Of a stretch of 41,301 bases of DNA, positions 1 to 10,628 are shown one piece after another (the stretch's first letter is position 1; each line of letters opens with the position of its first letter). Under the pieces are notes generated by a model that worked only from the letters and a program-made list of their open reading frames with translations, searched no databases and was not told the DNA's origin. Location: contig CALKEP010000018.1 of NCBI GenBank assembly GCA_938084645.1, positions 1 through 41,301 of the forward strand, given 5' to 3'. The position numbers and the translations under genes are program-made. Source of the stretch: an uncultured Phycisphaerales bacterium (GTDB lineage: Bacteria; Planctomycetota; Phycisphaerae; Phycisphaerales; SM1A02).

Positions 1-1
1 C

Positions 2-868
2 CCGGACTATGGCGGCGGATACGACGTTCGCGGCTGGGGCTACATCTACGGAGGCGACTTCCTGCTCTCGATGCGGGAACGCGGTTTCGTTCCCGAGGAA
101 GCCGCCACCGAGCACGACGAGGCGATCCGCTTCTACCTCGACGGACTCGCGGCGATCGAGATCCCGAAGGTTGGCGGCTGGAACTACGCTCGACGCGGTC
201 CGCTGGCGGCACCGAGCGGCACCAGTCCCTTCATGACGCCGCCGGGCATCCAGGTCCTGGTCGAAGCGGAACGCCAGGGTTTTCCGGTGAAGGCGGGCAT
301 GCGGGATCGGGCGATGAAGGCGATCGACCTCACCATCGGCGAGGACGGCGTCGTCGCCTATTCGGCGCAGCGGAAGACGCGTGAGTCGCCGGAGATGATT
401 CCCGGCGCGATGGGGCGGATGCTCGCGGTGGAGACGGTGCGGCATGATGCGGGCGTCAAGAACGCGGACGCGATCCGCGACGCCCTCGCGGCCTTCGTCA
501 CGCATTGGGACGAACTCCTGAAGCGCAAGGAGAAGACGGGCACCCACGTCGCGCCCTACGGCGTGGCGCCCTACTACTTCTTCTACGCCCACGGATACGC
601 GGCGGAGGCGATCGAACGACTGCCGGAGGCGGAGCGTGCCGCCTGGCGGGATCGACTGCACCGACTGCTGATGTCGGTCCGCGACGAAGACGGCACCTGG
701 AACGACCGGGTGTTCTCCCGCAGCGCGGCGTACGGCACCGCGGTGACCGTGCTGGCGTTCACGGAGCCCGCGTTCGCCGCCCGGCCACGGGCGGTGGTGC
801 CGCCTCCCGCGGTCGTCGAGGCGCCGGACCGGCCCGAGGAAGAAACGCCCGCGAACGAAGAACGATGA
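2..868 (+). CDS. 5'-truncated alpha/alpha-toroid protein (prenyltransferase/squalene-oxidase-repeat-like), function unknown
   Basis: Frame is open from nt 2 (PDYGGGYDVRGWGYIYGG...) through ORF 71..868. Repeated aromatic motifs (GGWNY, YYFFYAHGYAAEA, EDGTW, YGTAVTVLA) resemble QW-like toroid repeats. Confidence 0.55.
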   Translation, partial: PDYGGGYDVRGWGYIYGGDFLLSMRERGFVPEEAATEHDEAIRFYLDGLAAIEIPKVGGWNYARRGPLAAPSGTSPFMTPPGIQVLVEAERQGFPVKAGMRDRAMKAIDLTIGEDGVVAYSAQRKTRESPEMIPGAMGRMLAVETVRHDAGVKNADAIRDALAAFVTHWDELLKRKEKTGTHVAPYGVAPYYFFYAHGYAAEAIERLPEAERAAWRDRLHRLLMSVRDEDGTWNDRVFSRSAAYGTAVTVLAFTEPAFAARPRAVVPPPAVVEAPDRPEEETPANEER

Positions 869-894
869 CCCCCGATCACCGAGGAGTCGAACCC

Positions 895-1701
895 ATGCGA
901 TGCGCGCTCATCATTCCAGCGGCCGGCGCGAGCCGTCGATTCGGCGAAGGGGACAAGCTCGGTCAGGACTTCGGCGGTCGGCCGCTCCTCCTGCGGTCGA
1001 TCGAGCCCTTCACCAAGCGGGACGACGTCGATGCCGTCATCGTCGCGGGTCCGCCCGAGGACCTCGATGCATTCCGGGACCGGTACGGGCCGCAGCTCAG
1101 TTTTCTCGGGGGCACGGTGGTCGCGGGGGGACGTCTGGAGCGGTGGGAGACGGTGCGCAACGCGCTCGAATCCGTCCCCGAGGGATGCACCCACGTGGCG
1201 ATCCACGACGCGGCGAGGCCGCTGGTCGACGAGGCCCTGATCGCTCGGGTGTTCGAAGCCGCGACCTGTTTCGACGCGGTGGTTCCGGGCGTGCCGGTGC
1301 GGGACACGCTCAAGCGGGGTGATCACGAGGTGGTCGAAGGTGCGGAGCGGGACGCGACCGTCGACTCGATTCTCGGAATCGGCGAGGGCGACGACTCACC
1401 CGACATCGGTCACCAGATCGCCGCGCGGAGGATCGTCGGCACCGTGGATCGCACCGACCTGTGGCGGATGCAGACGCCGCAGGTGTTCACGGTCGATCTG
1501 ATTCGACGGGCGTACGCGCAGGCGGATCTCGACGGGGCGACCGACGATGCGATGCTCGTCGAGCGTCTCGGCGAGCCGGTGATGATCGTCGAAGGGAGCG
1601 AGCGGAATCTCAAGGTCACGACCGCCGAGGATCTGGTCGTCGCCCGGGCGATCTCGGGGGTCGGCTCATCGACGTCCCGGCCGGCTCACAAGCGCTTCTG
1701 A
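895..1701 (+). CDS. ispD: 2-C-methyl-D-erythritol 4-phosphate cytidylyltransferase
   Basis: Motifs IIPAAGASRRFG..K, GGRLERWETV, IHDAARP, PVRDTLK, QTPQVF, TDDA, NLKVTT. GAGGAG SD at 881-886 favours ATG 895; alternative ATG 865 overlaps the upstream stop. Confidence 0.93.
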   Translation: MRCALIIPAAGASRRFGEGDKLGQDFGGRPLLLRSIEPFTKRDDVDAVIVAGPPEDLDAFRDRYGPQLSFLGGTVVAGGRLERWETVRNALESVPEGCTHVAIHDAARPLVDEALIARVFEAATCFDAVVPGVPVRDTLKRGDHEVVEGAERDATVDSILGIGEGDDSPDIGHQIAARRIVGTVDRTDLWRMQTPQVFTVDLIRRAYAQADLDGATDDAMLVERLGEPVMIVEGSERNLKVTTAEDLVVARAISGVGSSTSRPAHKRF

Positions 1702-1711
1702 AGCCAGCGGG

Positions 1712-1903
1712 TCAGTCGGGACGTCGACCTTCGACCGTGAGTGTCGCCCGGGTTCGCGAGGGCGAGGCATCCGGATCGGCGCTCGGGCAGGATCCGCACC
1801 GCGGAGCGGCCGACTTGTAGGGAATCAGCGGCCGGATCACCAGCACCACCGCGGTGAGGGCGAGGATGGTCACGATCCAGAATTGCCAGTCGTCGATCGG
1901 CAT
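1712..1903 (-). CDS. Small FeoB-associated Cys-motif membrane protein (63 aa)
   Basis: MPIDDWQFWIVTILALTAVVLVIRPL (one TM helix) followed by CGSCP. Starts 14 nt after the feoB stop. Confidence 0.7.
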   Translation of the reverse strand: MPIDDWQFWIVTILALTAVVLVIRPLIPYKSAAPRCGSCPSADPDASPSRTRATLTVEGRRPD

Positions 1904-1917
1904 CGATGGGCTCCGGT

Positions 1918-3915
1918 TCAGGCGCTTCCGCTCATCGCGTTCACCGTCGCGAAGACCGCCGCGGCGGCGATCCACGCCAGCCCGGTCATCCAGGCGAACT
2001 GCAGGGCCGGCCACTTCCAGCTGCCCGTCTCCCGTCGGGTGACCGCGAGGGTCGGCAGGCACTGCATCGCCAGTACGAAGAAGACCAGCATCGAGGCGGC
2101 GGTCGCGGTGTTGAAGAGCACGCTTCCGTCGGGTCGGCGGGCGTCCCGCACCAGCTGGAGGACGCTCTCCTCGTCGTCGACGTCGTCGCCACCACCCTGC
2201 AGCACGGCCAGGCTCGAGACGAACACCTCGCGGGCGAGGAAACTCGTGAGGATTCCCACGGTGAGCGTCCGATCCGCGCCGAGGGGTGCGAACAACGGCT
2301 GCGCGAAGTCACCGATCCGTCCGGCGAACGAGCCCGCCTGCTGGGCTTCGAGTTCGATTCGATCGGCCTGGGCCTCGAGTTCCTCGGCGTCCGCCGGCGC
2401 CACGTCGACGACCTCGACGGCCTGGGTTCGCAGCGCGATCGCGGCGTCGGGGGTGTCCGCCTTGGGGTAGGCGCTGAGCCACCACATCACGATCACGATG
2501 CCGAGGATCACGGTGCCCGCGTTCTTGATGAACACCAGCCCGCGATCCCAGCTGACCAGAAGGGCCGCGATGATGCTGGGGCGGCGGTACTCCGGGAGCT
2601 CGAGGACCATCGGTCGCGAGCGTCCGGGGAGGATCGTCCGACGGGCGAGCAGCGCGGAAAGCAGGGCGGCCGCGGCACCGAGGAGGTAGCAGCCCGCGAA
2701 GGCGAAGCCCGCGAGCCATGGCGAACCGTCGAAGAGCAGGCCGATCAGCAGCACGTAGACCGGGAGTCGGGCCGTGCAGCTCATGAACGGCGCGACGAGG
2801 ATGGTCGCGAGTCGGTCGTCCCGGTCGGGCACCAGTCGTGCGGACATGATTCCGGGGAGGGCGCAGGCGTGGCTCGACAGCATCGGCACGAACGCCTGGC
2901 CGGGAAGTCCGAACCGGCACATCACGCGATCCATCACGAAGGCGGCCCGGGCCAGGTAGCCGGTGTCCTCGAGGAGTGCGAGCAGGAAGAACAGGATCAG
3001 GATCTGCGGGAGGAAGACCACCGTGCCGGCGATGCCGCCGATGATCCCGTCGACCGCCAGATCACGAATCGCCCCTTCGGGGATGACCGCGGCGGCGAGG
3101 CCACCGAACTTCTCGAACAGGACGTCGATGAGATCCATCGGGATCCCCGCGAGCGAGAAGATGGTCCAGAAGAGACCACCCATCACCGCGACGAAGACGG
3201 CGAGCCCGATGATCGGGTGCGTGAAGGCCTTGTCGAGGCGGTCGTAGATGGTGTCCCGCGAGGATCCGACCGCATCCCGACCACCCATGCTCTCGGCGAT
3301 CGCCTCGTCGATCCACGCCCTGCGCTCGGCATTGGAAAGATCCGGCCGCGGCAGCGCCGCCCGTCCCGGCGTCGCGTCGCGGAGAGTGTTCACGAGGTCG
3401 TCGATGCCACGGCCCGTCCGACCGCTCACCGCGACGACGGGCACGCCCATCTTCTCCGCCAGCTTCGCTTCATCGAACGAGATGCCGCGGCGAGCCGCGA
3501 CGTCGGCGAAGTTGAGGGCGATGACGGTGGGGAGTCTTCGGCCGATCGCCGCGATCGCGAGGGCGAGTCCTCGAGCGGGGGCGGTCGCGTCGATCACGAC
3601 GAGGATCGCATCCGGTGTCTGGTCGAGCCGTCCATCCAGGCAGTCCCGGCACATCCGGCTTTCCGGGAGGTCGAGATCCATTCCGTAGATGCCCGGCAGG
3701 TCCACGATCTCGAGCGGCGGCGTGCTTCGACCGCAGCGCCCGATCCGGATCTCCGCGGTCGAACCGGGATAGTTCGCGGTCTGGGCCCGAAGACCGCAGA
3801 GCCGGTTGAAGAGGGTGGTCTTGCCGGTGTTGGGATTGCCGAGCAGCGCGACCTGTCGAGGTCGCGGGGTCGGGGTGCCCTCCGATGCGTGCTGATCGTG
3901 ATCGGGTTCGGACAT
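1918..3915 (-). CDS. feoB: Ferrous iron transporter FeoB
   Basis: G1 GNPNTGKTT, G2 NYPGST, G3 DLPG, G4 NFAD; membrane motifs LEDTGYLARAAF, PFMSCTARLPVY, AREVFVS. Confidence 0.97.
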   Translation of the reverse strand: MSEPDHDQHASEGTPTPRPRQVALLGNPNTGKTTLFNRLCGLRAQTANYPGSTAEIRIGRCGRSTPPLEIVDLPGIYGMDLDLPESRMCRDCLDGRLDQTPDAILVVIDATAPARGLALAIAAIGRRLPTVIALNFADVAARRGISFDEAKLAEKMGVPVVAVSGRTGRGIDDLVNTLRDATPGRAALPRPDLSNAERRAWIDEAIAESMGGRDAVGSSRDTIYDRLDKAFTHPIIGLAVFVAVMGGLFWTIFSLAGIPMDLIDVLFEKFGGLAAAVIPEGAIRDLAVDGIIGGIAGTVVFLPQILILFFLLALLEDTGYLARAAFVMDRVMCRFGLPGQAFVPMLSSHACALPGIMSARLVPDRDDRLATILVAPFMSCTARLPVYVLLIGLLFDGSPWLAGFAFAGCYLLGAAAALLSALLARRTILPGRSRPMVLELPEYRRPSIIAALLVSWDRGLVFIKNAGTVILGIVIVMWWLSAYPKADTPDAAIALRTQAVEVVDVAPADAEELEAQADRIELEAQQAGSFAGRIGDFAQPLFAPLGADRTLTVGILTSFLAREVFVSSLAVLQGGGDDVDDEESVLQLVRDARRPDGSVLFNTATAASMLVFFVLAMQCLPTLAVTRRETGSWKWPALQFAWMTGLAWIAAAAVFATVNAMSGSA

Positions 3916-3966
3916 GGGATCGATTTTGGAGGGGAGTCTCGACGTCGGCGTTCGACGAGGGAAGCT

Positions 3967-4248
3967 TCAGGACAGCATCTGGCTCGACGCGGAGACGGTC
4001 AGGGTGGCCTTGATGCGGGCGGCCACTTCCCGGCCGACACCAAGGCGGGTGGATCCGGTTCGAAGAATGCAGGGCGAGCCCACCTTGCAGATCTCGACTT
4101 CACAGCCGTGATCGACCCCCATGGCCTCCAGCATCGACCGATCCCCGGCATCGAGTTCGTCGGTATGGATCGTCACGCGACAGCCGGAAGGGCACAGCGT
4201 GAGCGGTGTCCGGACTTGATCGGTGGCAGTGGTGGTTGCGGTGGTCAC
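3967..4248 (-). CDS. feoA: FeoA (SH3-like ferrous iron transport protein)
   Basis: LEAMGVDHGCEVEI...PCILRTGSTRLGVGREVAARI matches the FeoA pattern. GTG start 4248 preceded by AAGGA; directly upstream of feoB. Confidence 0.88.
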   Translation of the reverse strand: MTTATTTATDQVRTPLTLCPSGCRVTIHTDELDAGDRSMLEAMGVDHGCEVEICKVGSPCILRTGSTRLGVGREVAARIKATLTVSASSQMLS

Positions 4249-4279
4249 GGGAGTCCTTCGCCAGCAGTGTAGCACGATC

Positions 4280-4296
4280 CTGAGACTCATTCTCAG
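4280..4296. promoter_or_regulatory. Fur-like box over the feoA promoter
   Basis: CTGAGACTCATTCTCAG is a near-perfect palindrome of the TGAGAAT-N-ATTCTCA type. It lies just upstream of a minus-strand TGnTACACT extended -10 (hexamer 4266-4271). Confidence 0.7.
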
Positions 4297-4380
4297 CGAA
4301 AACACCCGCAGCATGGCCTCAATGGCGACAAAATGGTCGCCATCCCGGCAATCGAGCTTCACGTTGTCCGCAGGGCCATC

Positions 4381-5592
4381 TCAAGTCGTGTAATCGGCGT
4401 TGATTCGGACGTACTCCGCCGTGAGATCGCAGGTCAGATGGGTTTCTCGGGCGTGCCCCGCATTCAGGTCGATGACGATCCGGACCCGGTCGGAGGCGAA
4501 GGCTCGAGCGGCCGCGTCGTCATGATCCTCCACGGGGCCGCCATCGGCGAAGAGCGGAACGAGGTTCGCCTCCACCCGAATCCGCTCCGGTTCGAACGTC
4601 GCCGTGGTTCGTCCGATCGCCGCGATGATCCGCCCCCAGTTGGGATCACCCCCGGCGACCGCGGTTCGGACCAGCAGACTGCTTCCCACCGTCAACGCGA
4701 CCGCTCGTGCTTCCGCCGGTGTCGCCGCGGACGTCACCTCGACTTCGAGCACCCGGTTCGCGCCCTCGCCATCGGCCACGATCATGCCCGCCAGGTCGAG
4801 GCACACGGCGTGGACCGCCTCCACGAACTCGGTTGGATCCGCCGGCGCTCCCGCGGCACCACTCGCGAGGGCGAACACCGAATCGTTGGTGGACGTGTCA
4901 CCGTCCACGCTGACCCGGTTGAAGGAACGATCCGCCGAGTCCCGGAGCAGCGCGGCGAGCGTCGGAGCGTCGATCTCCGCATCGGTCGTGAGGAGACCGA
5001 TCATCGTCGCCATGTCGGGATGGATCATCCCGGATCCCTTCGCCACCCCGACGATCCGGATGACGCCACCGTTCGAGGCGGGGACGGTTCGCTCGGCCGC
5101 CTTGGGCCCGGAGTCGGTGGTCATGATCGCGCGGGCCATCGGCTCGACGTGCCCCTGATCGGTCTCCCGGGCGAGTCGCGGGATCGCGGCGACCATCGAC
5201 TCGATGGGCAGGGGACGACCGATCACGCCCGTGGAGTTCACGAGCACCTGCTCGACCGGGCAGCCGATCGCGTCCGCCACGTGACGCACGCTGGTCGCCG
5301 CATCCCGGTCACCGCGATCGCCCGTCGCGGCGTTTGCGCAGCCCGCGTTGATCAGCACCGCCCGGGCCACGCCGCCGCTCGCCGCGAGATGTCGACGCGA
5401 GCAGGCGATCGGGGCGGCGGCGAAGCGATTCCGGGTGAACACCCCGGCCGCGGCGCACGGCCGCTCGGCCACGAGCAGCAGGAGATCGTCGCCCGCGCCG
5501 GTCCGGATTCCGACCTTCGCGGTCGCGGCGGCGAACCCGGAGGGGAGGCGAGTGGGCAGCGGGACGGCGGCCCGCGCGTGAGGGGTCGGCAT
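4381..5592 (-). CDS. argJ: Ornithine acetyltransferase / glutamate N-acetyltransferase ArgJ
   Basis: GVFTRNRFAAAP, NAGCANAATG, STGVIGRPLP, IMTTD, KGSGMIHPDMATM (autocleavage Thr), DGDTSTND, DGEGA, DPNWGRI, CDLTAEYVRINADYTT. Confidence 0.97.
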   Translation of the reverse strand: MPTPHARAAVPLPTRLPSGFAAATAKVGIRTGAGDDLLLLVAERPCAAAGVFTRNRFAAAPIACSRRHLAASGGVARAVLINAGCANAATGDRGDRDAATSVRHVADAIGCPVEQVLVNSTGVIGRPLPIESMVAAIPRLARETDQGHVEPMARAIMTTDSGPKAAERTVPASNGGVIRIVGVAKGSGMIHPDMATMIGLLTTDAEIDAPTLAALLRDSADRSFNRVSVDGDTSTNDSVFALASGAAGAPADPTEFVEAVHAVCLDLAGMIVADGEGANRVLEVEVTSAATPAEARAVALTVGSSLLVRTAVAGGDPNWGRIIAAIGRTTATFEPERIRVEANLVPLFADGGPVEDHDDAAARAFASDRVRIVIDLNAGHARETHLTCDLTAEYVRINADYTT

Positions 5593-5603
5593 GGTGCGTC
5601 CGT

Positions 5604-7492
5604 TCAGGGTGATTCCGGCCAGGTGGTGCGGACCATGGCGATCTCGTCGCAGTCGTGCTTCTTCGGACAGCGGGCGCAGTCCTTGAGGATCTTCTCGGGG
5701 AGACCGTTGACGCTGACCGTGCGAAACTTCAGCCGTTCGAAGAACCGGGGGACCCGGGTCAGCACGAAGACCCGCTCGATGCGGAGGGCCTCGGCGGTCG
5801 TCGCGAGATGTTCGATGATTCGACTGCCCACGCCTCCACCGTGACACGACGGATCCACGCCGACCGAGCGGATCTCGGCGAGGGTCGGGGTGTAGAGCCA
5901 GAGCGCCCCGCATCCCACCACTGCGCCGTTCTCGGTGGCGACCGCGAATTCCCCGATCGAATGCAGGATCTCCTCCTCGCTGCGCGGGAGGTTCTCGCCG
6001 GCGTCGGCCCAGAGATCGACGAGCCGCTTGATCTCCACCAGATCGGCGACCGTCGCCTTTCGCACCTCGATCTCGCCGAGGGGCCGATCTCGTCGAGGCG
6101 GTGTCTTCAATCGGGCGAGGCGGGTCGCGACCTGGGCGGGGGCGGTTCCGCCGGGCGCATTCCGCTTGGCGATCGCCGCGTCGACGGTGAGGTCGACGAA
6201 GACCGTTTCATCCGCGGCGGGGGCGTGGTTCCGGATCTCCGCGAGGGAGAGATCCTCGAGTGGCAGGCCACGTTCGATCGCCTCGGCCACCAGGCGACCG
6301 ACCTGGTGGTGGGCGTCCCGGAACGGAACGCCCCGGGCGACGAGGTGGTCGGCGAGTTCGGTCGCATTGGCGAAGTCGCCGATCGCGGCGTCCCGGGCCT
6401 CCGCGCGGCGGACCTCGATCCCCTCGAGAAGCGGCGGCAGCACGCGGAGGCAGATCGAGAGTTCGTCCATCGCGTCGAAGAGCGGGACCTTGTCCTCCTG
6501 CATGTCCTTGTTGTAGGCGAGCGGCAGGGCCTTCATGGTGGTCATCAATCCCACGAGCCGACCGACCTGCATGCCGCACTTTCCCCGGATGAGTTCGAGG
6601 GCGTCGGGATTCTTCTTCTGCGGCATGATCGACGACCCGGAGCAGAGCCCGTCGGGAAGTTCGATCAGACGGGCTTCGCCCGAGCTGTAGAAGACGAGGT
6701 CCTCCGCGAGTCGCGAGAGGTGGATCGACGTCTGGGCGATCGCGGACAGCGACTCCATGACGAAGTCGCGGTCGCTGACCGCATCGAGGCTGTTGGCGGC
6801 CGCGGATCGAAAGCCGAGGTCGACCGCGAGCGCTTCGCGGTCGATGGTGTAGGCGGTGCCGGCGAGGGCGGCGCAGCCCAGCGGGCAGACCGCGGTCCGG
6901 ATCCGGGCGTCCGCGAGTCGGCCGAGGTCGCGTCGCAGCATCTCGACGTAGGCGAGGCACCAGTGGGCGAACAACACGGGCTGCGCCCGCTGGAGATGCG
7001 TGTACCCGGGGAACACCGTCTCGCGTTCGCGATGAGCCAGATCGACGAGCGCGGTGATCACCGCCTGCACTTCGCCGATCCGTTCGTCGAGCGCCGGCAT
7101 CGTCCAGAGTCGAAGATCGGTCGCCACCTGGTCGTTTCGACTCCGGCCCGTGTGGAGTTTCTTGCCGAGGTCGCCGACCCGTTCGACCAGATTCCGTTCG
7201 ACGAAGGAGTGGACGTCCTCGTCGTCCGCGTCCCGGAGGATGGCGGGGTCGGACGCGACCGCATCGTGCAGGGAGGTGAGGGCCGCCTCGAGATGCCGCA
7301 GTTCGACGGCGTCGAGAACGCCGGCCCGTTCCAGCGCCCGGGCCCACGCCGCGGATCCCGCGATGTCCTGGGGGAAGAGGCGTCGATCGAACGGAAGCGA
7401 GTCGTTGAAGCGCTTGAAGAGGTCGTGCACCCGGCCGCTGAATCGTCCGCTCCAGACCGCCTCCGGCACGACGGCCTCGTCGGTGGAGTCGC

Positions 7493-7496
<4 letters not shown>
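5604..7496 (-). CDS. argH: Argininosuccinate lyase fused to a C-terminal short N-acetylglutamate synthase (GNAT), ArgH(A)
   Basis: ArgH motifs WSGRF, LHTGRSRNDQVATD, PGYTHLQRAQP, GSSIMPQKKNPD, AYNKDMQEDK. About 150-aa GNAT tail (AEIRSVGV, VFVLT..PRFF, KDCARCP...CDEIAM). ATG overlaps the argG stop. Confidence 0.96.
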
Positions 7497-8742
<1,246 letters not shown>

Positions 8743-8746
<4 letters not shown>

Positions 8747-9765
8747 CGGCGTCCTTCCGGAGAGCGTGGGGAGACGGCGGCGGGGGTTCTGGAGAGTCGG
8801 GCGACGAACCAGGCGTTCTGGGCGTGGAGCCGGTTTTCGGCCTGGTCGAAGACGACCGAACGCGGGCCGTCGATGACGGCTTCGACGACCTCCTCGCCGC
8901 GGTGGGCGGGCAGACAGTGCATGAAGAGCGCATCGGGGCCGGCGAGCGTCATCAGCGACTCGTCGACGCGGAATCTCGTCAGTTCCGCGTACTTGTCGGG
9001 ATCCTCGGCCTCGCCCATCGAGATCCAGGCGTCGGTGTAGATCGCGTCGACGCCACGGACCGCGCCGGGGTCTTCCGTCACGTCGATGCCGCCACCCGTG
9101 ATCTCGCCGAGTCGCTCCGCGGCCGAGACGATCTCCGCCGACGGCCCGTGTCGCGGCGGTGTCACGACGGTGATCCGCCCGCCGGTCGCGACGACGGCCT
9201 CGATGAGCGAATGACACACGTTGTTGCCGTCGCCGATGAAGGCGAGATGCATGCCTTCCAACGGAATCCCGCGTTCATGCAGCGTGAGAAGATCGGCCAG
9301 TGCCTGGCAGGGATGATGAAGGTCGCTCAAGGTGTTGACGACCGGGACGTCGCAGCAGTCCGCCAGCTCCGCGATCACCGTGTGGTGGTTGACCCGTGCC
9401 GCGACCGCGTCGAACCACCGCTCGAGGTTGCGGCCGAGATCGTGCACGGGTTCCCGCTCGCCGAGCGGTGAATCCCGTTGGTCGAACACGACGGATTGGG
9501 CGCCGAGTCGGTGGAGCCCGACCTCGAGGCTGGCCCGGGTGCGAAGCGAGGGCTTCTCGAAGATCAGGGCGACGCTTCGACCGGAGAGGGCGTTCGAGAA
9601 GCGGGCGGGATCCCGTTTCAATTCGATTGCGAGATCGAGGAGCCCGTGGATCGTCGATCCATCGAGATCGCCGATCGCGAGGAGATCGTTCGGCACGGTG
9701 GGGAGCACGGGCTCGCGGGCGGTGCCGGATCCGGGGTGGGGCGGGACGGGGGTGGAGAGGCTCAT
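8743..9765 (-). CDS. argF: Ornithine carbamoyltransferase
   Basis: FEKPSLRT, HPCQ, GDGNNV, DAWISMG, HCLP, DQAENRLH. ATG 9765 overlaps the argB stop. Confidence 0.97.
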
Positions 9766-10628
9766 GGGGTCTTTTGAAGGGGGGGTTGGGATGCCGTCGA
9801 GACGGTCTCGACGATGGGTGGTGGACTCGGGGGTGGAACGACCGTCGCGACGGTGGTGTCGGCGAGCGGATCCGCGAGGACCCGGGGATCGGCCCAGTCG
9901 CCGATGACCACCGGGCATCCCGACTGGGCCGCCGCGTCGATGGCGCCACGGACCTTCGGAATCATGCCGCCCGCGATCACGCCCTCATCGATCAGGCGGT
10001 CGGCCGCGGCGAAATCGAGCCGCCGGATGACGTTCCCGTGTTCGTCGAGGACTCCGGGCACGTCGGTGAGCAGGAGCAGGGCGCGGGCGCCGAGCACCCG
10101 GGCGATTCCGCTCGCGGCGTCGTCGGCGTTCACGTTCAGGGGCGTGCCGTCGGAGAGCATCCCGATCGACGCGATCACGGGAATCCGGCCGGTGGCGATC
10201 AGATCGTCGAACAGCATCGAACTTCCGCCGGTGACGGTGCCGACGGATCCGGGATCGAAGCCGCATTCGAGACGCTCCACCACGATGCCTTCGTCGTCCG
10301 CGAGACGAACCGCCGTCGCGGCGACGTGTCGCCGTCGCAGATCGGCCAGCAGGGACGTCCCCACCTGTCCCGAGAGCACCGCGGCGATCTCGGGCATCAA
10401 CGTCGGCGGCGTGAGCCTGATTCCATCGCGGCGCTCGGTCTCGACCCCGATGCGGTCGAGGTGGCGATCCACCGCCGCGCCGCCGCCGTGGACGAGGGCG
10501 AGCGGCGTGCCGATGCGGGCGGCCTCGGCGAATCGGTCGAGGAAGTCGGACCGCGCCGCGGGGTCGTCGAGGAGCGCACCGCCCACCTTGATGACGATCG
10601 GCGCAACAGGAGGGGTCGCATCGCTCAT
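9762..10628 (-). CDS. argB: Acetylglutamate kinase
   Basis: IVIKVGG, VHGGG, DGIRLT, NVNADDAA, TDVPGV, GGMIPKV. ATG 10628 overlaps the argC stop. Confidence 0.95.
   Translation of the reverse strand: MSDATPPVAPIVIKVGGALLDDPAARSDFLDRFAEAARIGTPLALVHGGGAAVDRHLDRIGVETERRDGIRLTPPTLMPEIAAVLSGQVGTSLLADLRRRHVAATAVRLADDEGIVVERLECGFDPGSVGTVTGGSSMLFDDLIATGRIPVIASIGMLSDGTPLNVNADDAASGIARVLGARALLLLTDVPGVLDEHGNVIRRLDFAAADRLIDEGVIAGGMIPKVRGAIDAAAQSGCPVVIGDWADPRVLADPLADTTVATVVPPPSPPPIVETVSTASQPPLQKTP

Noticed and set aside
9725..9860. G-rich runs at the argB/argF junction (possible G-quadruplex or frameshift)
   Set aside because: Explained by Pro-rich protein termini; both frames are intact and keep the ATGA overlap.
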